This document shows positions 52,358 to 54,105 of a DNA stretch of 54,105 nt, piece by piece. The notes beneath the pieces are model-generated. The model had not been told where the DNA came from and searched no databases. It saw nothing but the letters and a program-made list of their open reading frames with translations. Within the stretch, counting starts at the first letter, position 1; the number at the start of each line of letters is the position of its first letter. Location: contig CBFFRQ010000022.1 in assembly GCA_965644315.1 (NCBI GenBank), forward strand, positions 1 through 54,105. The letters are read 5' to 3'. Source of the stretch: Caecitellus pseudoparvulus (taxonomy: Eukaryota; Protista; Bigyra: Bicosoecida). The position numbers and the translations under genes are program-made.

Positions 52358-53852
52358 CACCCAGGGGAGGAAGCAAGCATTGAAAAGTATTGGCGGGTGC
52401 CGCAAGGAGGCGTCCCCTCCCCCAAGAGATGCAGCGAGCCCTGGTGGCCGCTGGCATAGAGGGGGGAGGGGACGGCCTCGAGGCGGGCCCAGTTCAATGC
52501 ATTTCGATTGCCACGCACAACGCACCAACACGAGGGAACCGAGGTTGCCGGCACCCCAGCCGGCAACCATGTTCCCGGCAGGAGGGGCGGCGGGCAGTCC
52601 CACGCTAGTGGCACAATTGTCCCCCGCCGCCCCAACGCAGAGTAGACGACGGCAGGACCGGGCGACAAAACCGTCATTGCCGGCCTCGTCACTCTCTTCC
52701 TTTTTCTTTTTCTCGATTGGCGGGCGCAGGGCAACAGGCGCTCATCCCCAGCCAGCCACCGTCACCCGCTGTCCTCCTCCTTTCCCATTGCAGGTGCCCA
52801 GGAGGCGCCCCCCCAGGATGCCGGCCCCGTGGCCGCTGGCATAGAGGGGGGAGGGGACGGCCTCGAGGCGGGCCCAGTTCAATGCATTTCGATTGCCACG
52901 CACAACGCACCAACACGAGGGAAACGTCGGCTGCGCCGGCACGCACGTCCTCCGACACTGCCACGTGCGTGATGAAGGTGCTGCCCGAGAGGAAGGCAGT
53001 GCCTTTCGCCAGCTCCACTTTGTTGGCGCCGGTGTTCTCCACGTGCACCATGGTCTGTGGAGCACAGCAGCGGCGGTTGCGGAATTTGCACGCCACTCGC
53101 AGTGGTCGAATGCCCGCCTGCGCACCAGGGCATTCTGAATTCCAGTCTTGGAGCTGCCACCGCCTGAAACAGCCAGAGTTCCACCTGCAAGGGGCACCAG
53201 TTGGAAGACAGGTGCCCCCATGGAGGCGTTGGACAGCGCCATGGCTTTGTTGTGGCTTGGGGCAGAGCAGTCGCCACCACGCCAATGAATATCGTGTGGG
53301 CAAGGAAGTGTGACGGAGCCACACTGCCAGACACGTCAAGGCCGCAACCCTTACACACAAAAGTGCGGGCACAGCAGAGCGGGCGGTTTTGCCCCGCCCA
53401 GTGCCGTGTATGGACAGCGTTGCTCGGAGCGCACGAGTCGACCCCCTCTATCGCACTCCGCGCCTTGGCGCAGCTCCCGTCAGCACTCGAACGGGGATCT
53501 TGCGGATGTCCAGATAGCTAGTTCCGCACCTCTCTTGCTGAGATGATGGGCACCGCATCGAGCGGAGCGGGACACCCTTCCCATGTCTTGCACCAAATTG
53601 CTCCTCATCCATTTCCCACTCTTACTTGTGGTGTCATTGGGCATCCGGACATCAGCGTGCATTGTGCCTTGTCTCCACTTCTGGCCGCCACAGGTGAGCG
53701 TGCACTGGTGCAAGTGCGGAAGTTGCTCCCTCACAAGTCAAGCACGACAGCGCCTTCCCACGGCACCAACACACATGTCCACTGCCATCACCCCGCAGGA
53801 GTCGGCTTTACAGCACTGCCATACCTGGCAAGATCCCCTACCGTCCATCGCC

Positions 53853-54105
53853 ATGGTGCGTGGGCGTGGGCATGGTGCCTCGCTTTCGCCAGCACTTGCG
53901 ACAAAGCGTGTCGCGCACACGCCACAGCACACAGCGCCCTGCCCCTCCCCGACGCCTCAGGCAGCAGCAACAGGACAAGCCATGGAGGGCAGTGCAGTGC
54001 CCACTGCAGGCATCGACGACGCACAGGCTGAGGTTGTGGCGGCATGCTTGCGCAAGGTGAAGTGCTTGCCGGGCAGCGTCATGGACCACGGCCCAGCACT
54101 GCGAG
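53853..54105 (+). CDS. Ankyrin/pseudokinase gene copy 4, 5' end only
   Basis: ATG GTG CGT ... AEVVAACLRKVKCLPGSVMDHGPALR in the same frame as copies 1-3; cut by the window end. Confidence 0.85.
   Translation, partial: MVRGRGHGASLSPALATKRVAHTPQHTAPCPSPTPQAAATGQAMEGSAVPTAGIDDAQAEVVAACLRKVKCLPGSVMDHGPALR

Larger units (their letters stand above)
47053..52923 (+). mobile_element. Ngaro-type (DIRS order) tyrosine-recombinase retrotransposon, 5871 bp, split direct repeats A1-ORFs-B1-A2-B2
   Basis: A1 (47053-~47231) recurs as A2 (52539-~52716). The B core at 52444-52538 recurs exactly at 52829-52923. Internal junction gggaa|ccgagg. It carries gag-like, RT-RNase H and YR ORFs, with no TSD relative to the empty paralogous sites. 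Confidence 0.95.
46944..53242 (-). pseudogene. SEC12: SEC12 5' fragment, copy 4, split by the Ngaro insertion (46944-47052 and 52924-53242)
   Basis: The flanks rejoin as aaagtggttgcc|acgtcggctgcg, identical to the uninterrupted copies. Confidence 0.85.
27755..54105. repeat. Tandem segmental array of at least 4 units (SEC12 5' fragment + ankyrin gene + UTP20 3' fragment)
   Basis: The shared junction 'tacctgccac' occurs at 27755, 37418, 42065 and 46944. Unit lengths are 5119 bp (excluding the transposon), 4647 and 4879 bp; the differences are mostly multiples of 114 bp. The array runs off the window end. Confidence 0.95.

Noticed and set aside
33337-52923. Diversity-generating retroelement (RT next to hypervariable repeats)
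   Set aside because: The RT is a DIRS/Ngaro RT-RNase H inside a bounded element present in only one unit. No non-coding template repeat is visible, and the variation is not adenine-specific.

Overview
This is a compact, GC-rich eukaryotic locus with short GT-AG introns (GTGCGT/GTGAGT donors), most likely from a protist; the lineage is inferred only. Positions 1-28.2 kb hold densely packed single-copy genes: a SMU1 pseudogene fragment, REV1, a Kelch + cytochrome b561 fusion, TBCEL, an AGTRAP-like protein, NT5DC1-like HAD nucleotidase, a cationic amino-acid transporter, seipin, an FG-GAP surface protein, two tandem double-thioredoxin-fold genes, PRIM1 and SEC12. From 27.75 kb to the window end lies a tandem array of at least 4 units of about 4.6-5.1 kb, with breakpoints inside SEC12 and UTP20. 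Each unit carries one gene encoding a helical N-terminal domain, a probable pseudokinase and 114-bp ankyrin repeats (complete in units 1-3, truncated by the window edge in unit 4). The repeats vary in number (8/4/6) and are hypervariable almost only at ligand-contact positions, making this a candidate diversifying receptor system and the main finding. Two intact-looking transposons sit in the array. One is a 4,540-bp PIF/Harbinger-type (DDE_Tnp_4) element with 24-bp TIRs and an atypical 4-bp TSD. The other is a 5,871-bp Ngaro-type tyrosine-recombinase retrotransposon whose gag and pol are separated by a single in-frame UAG.
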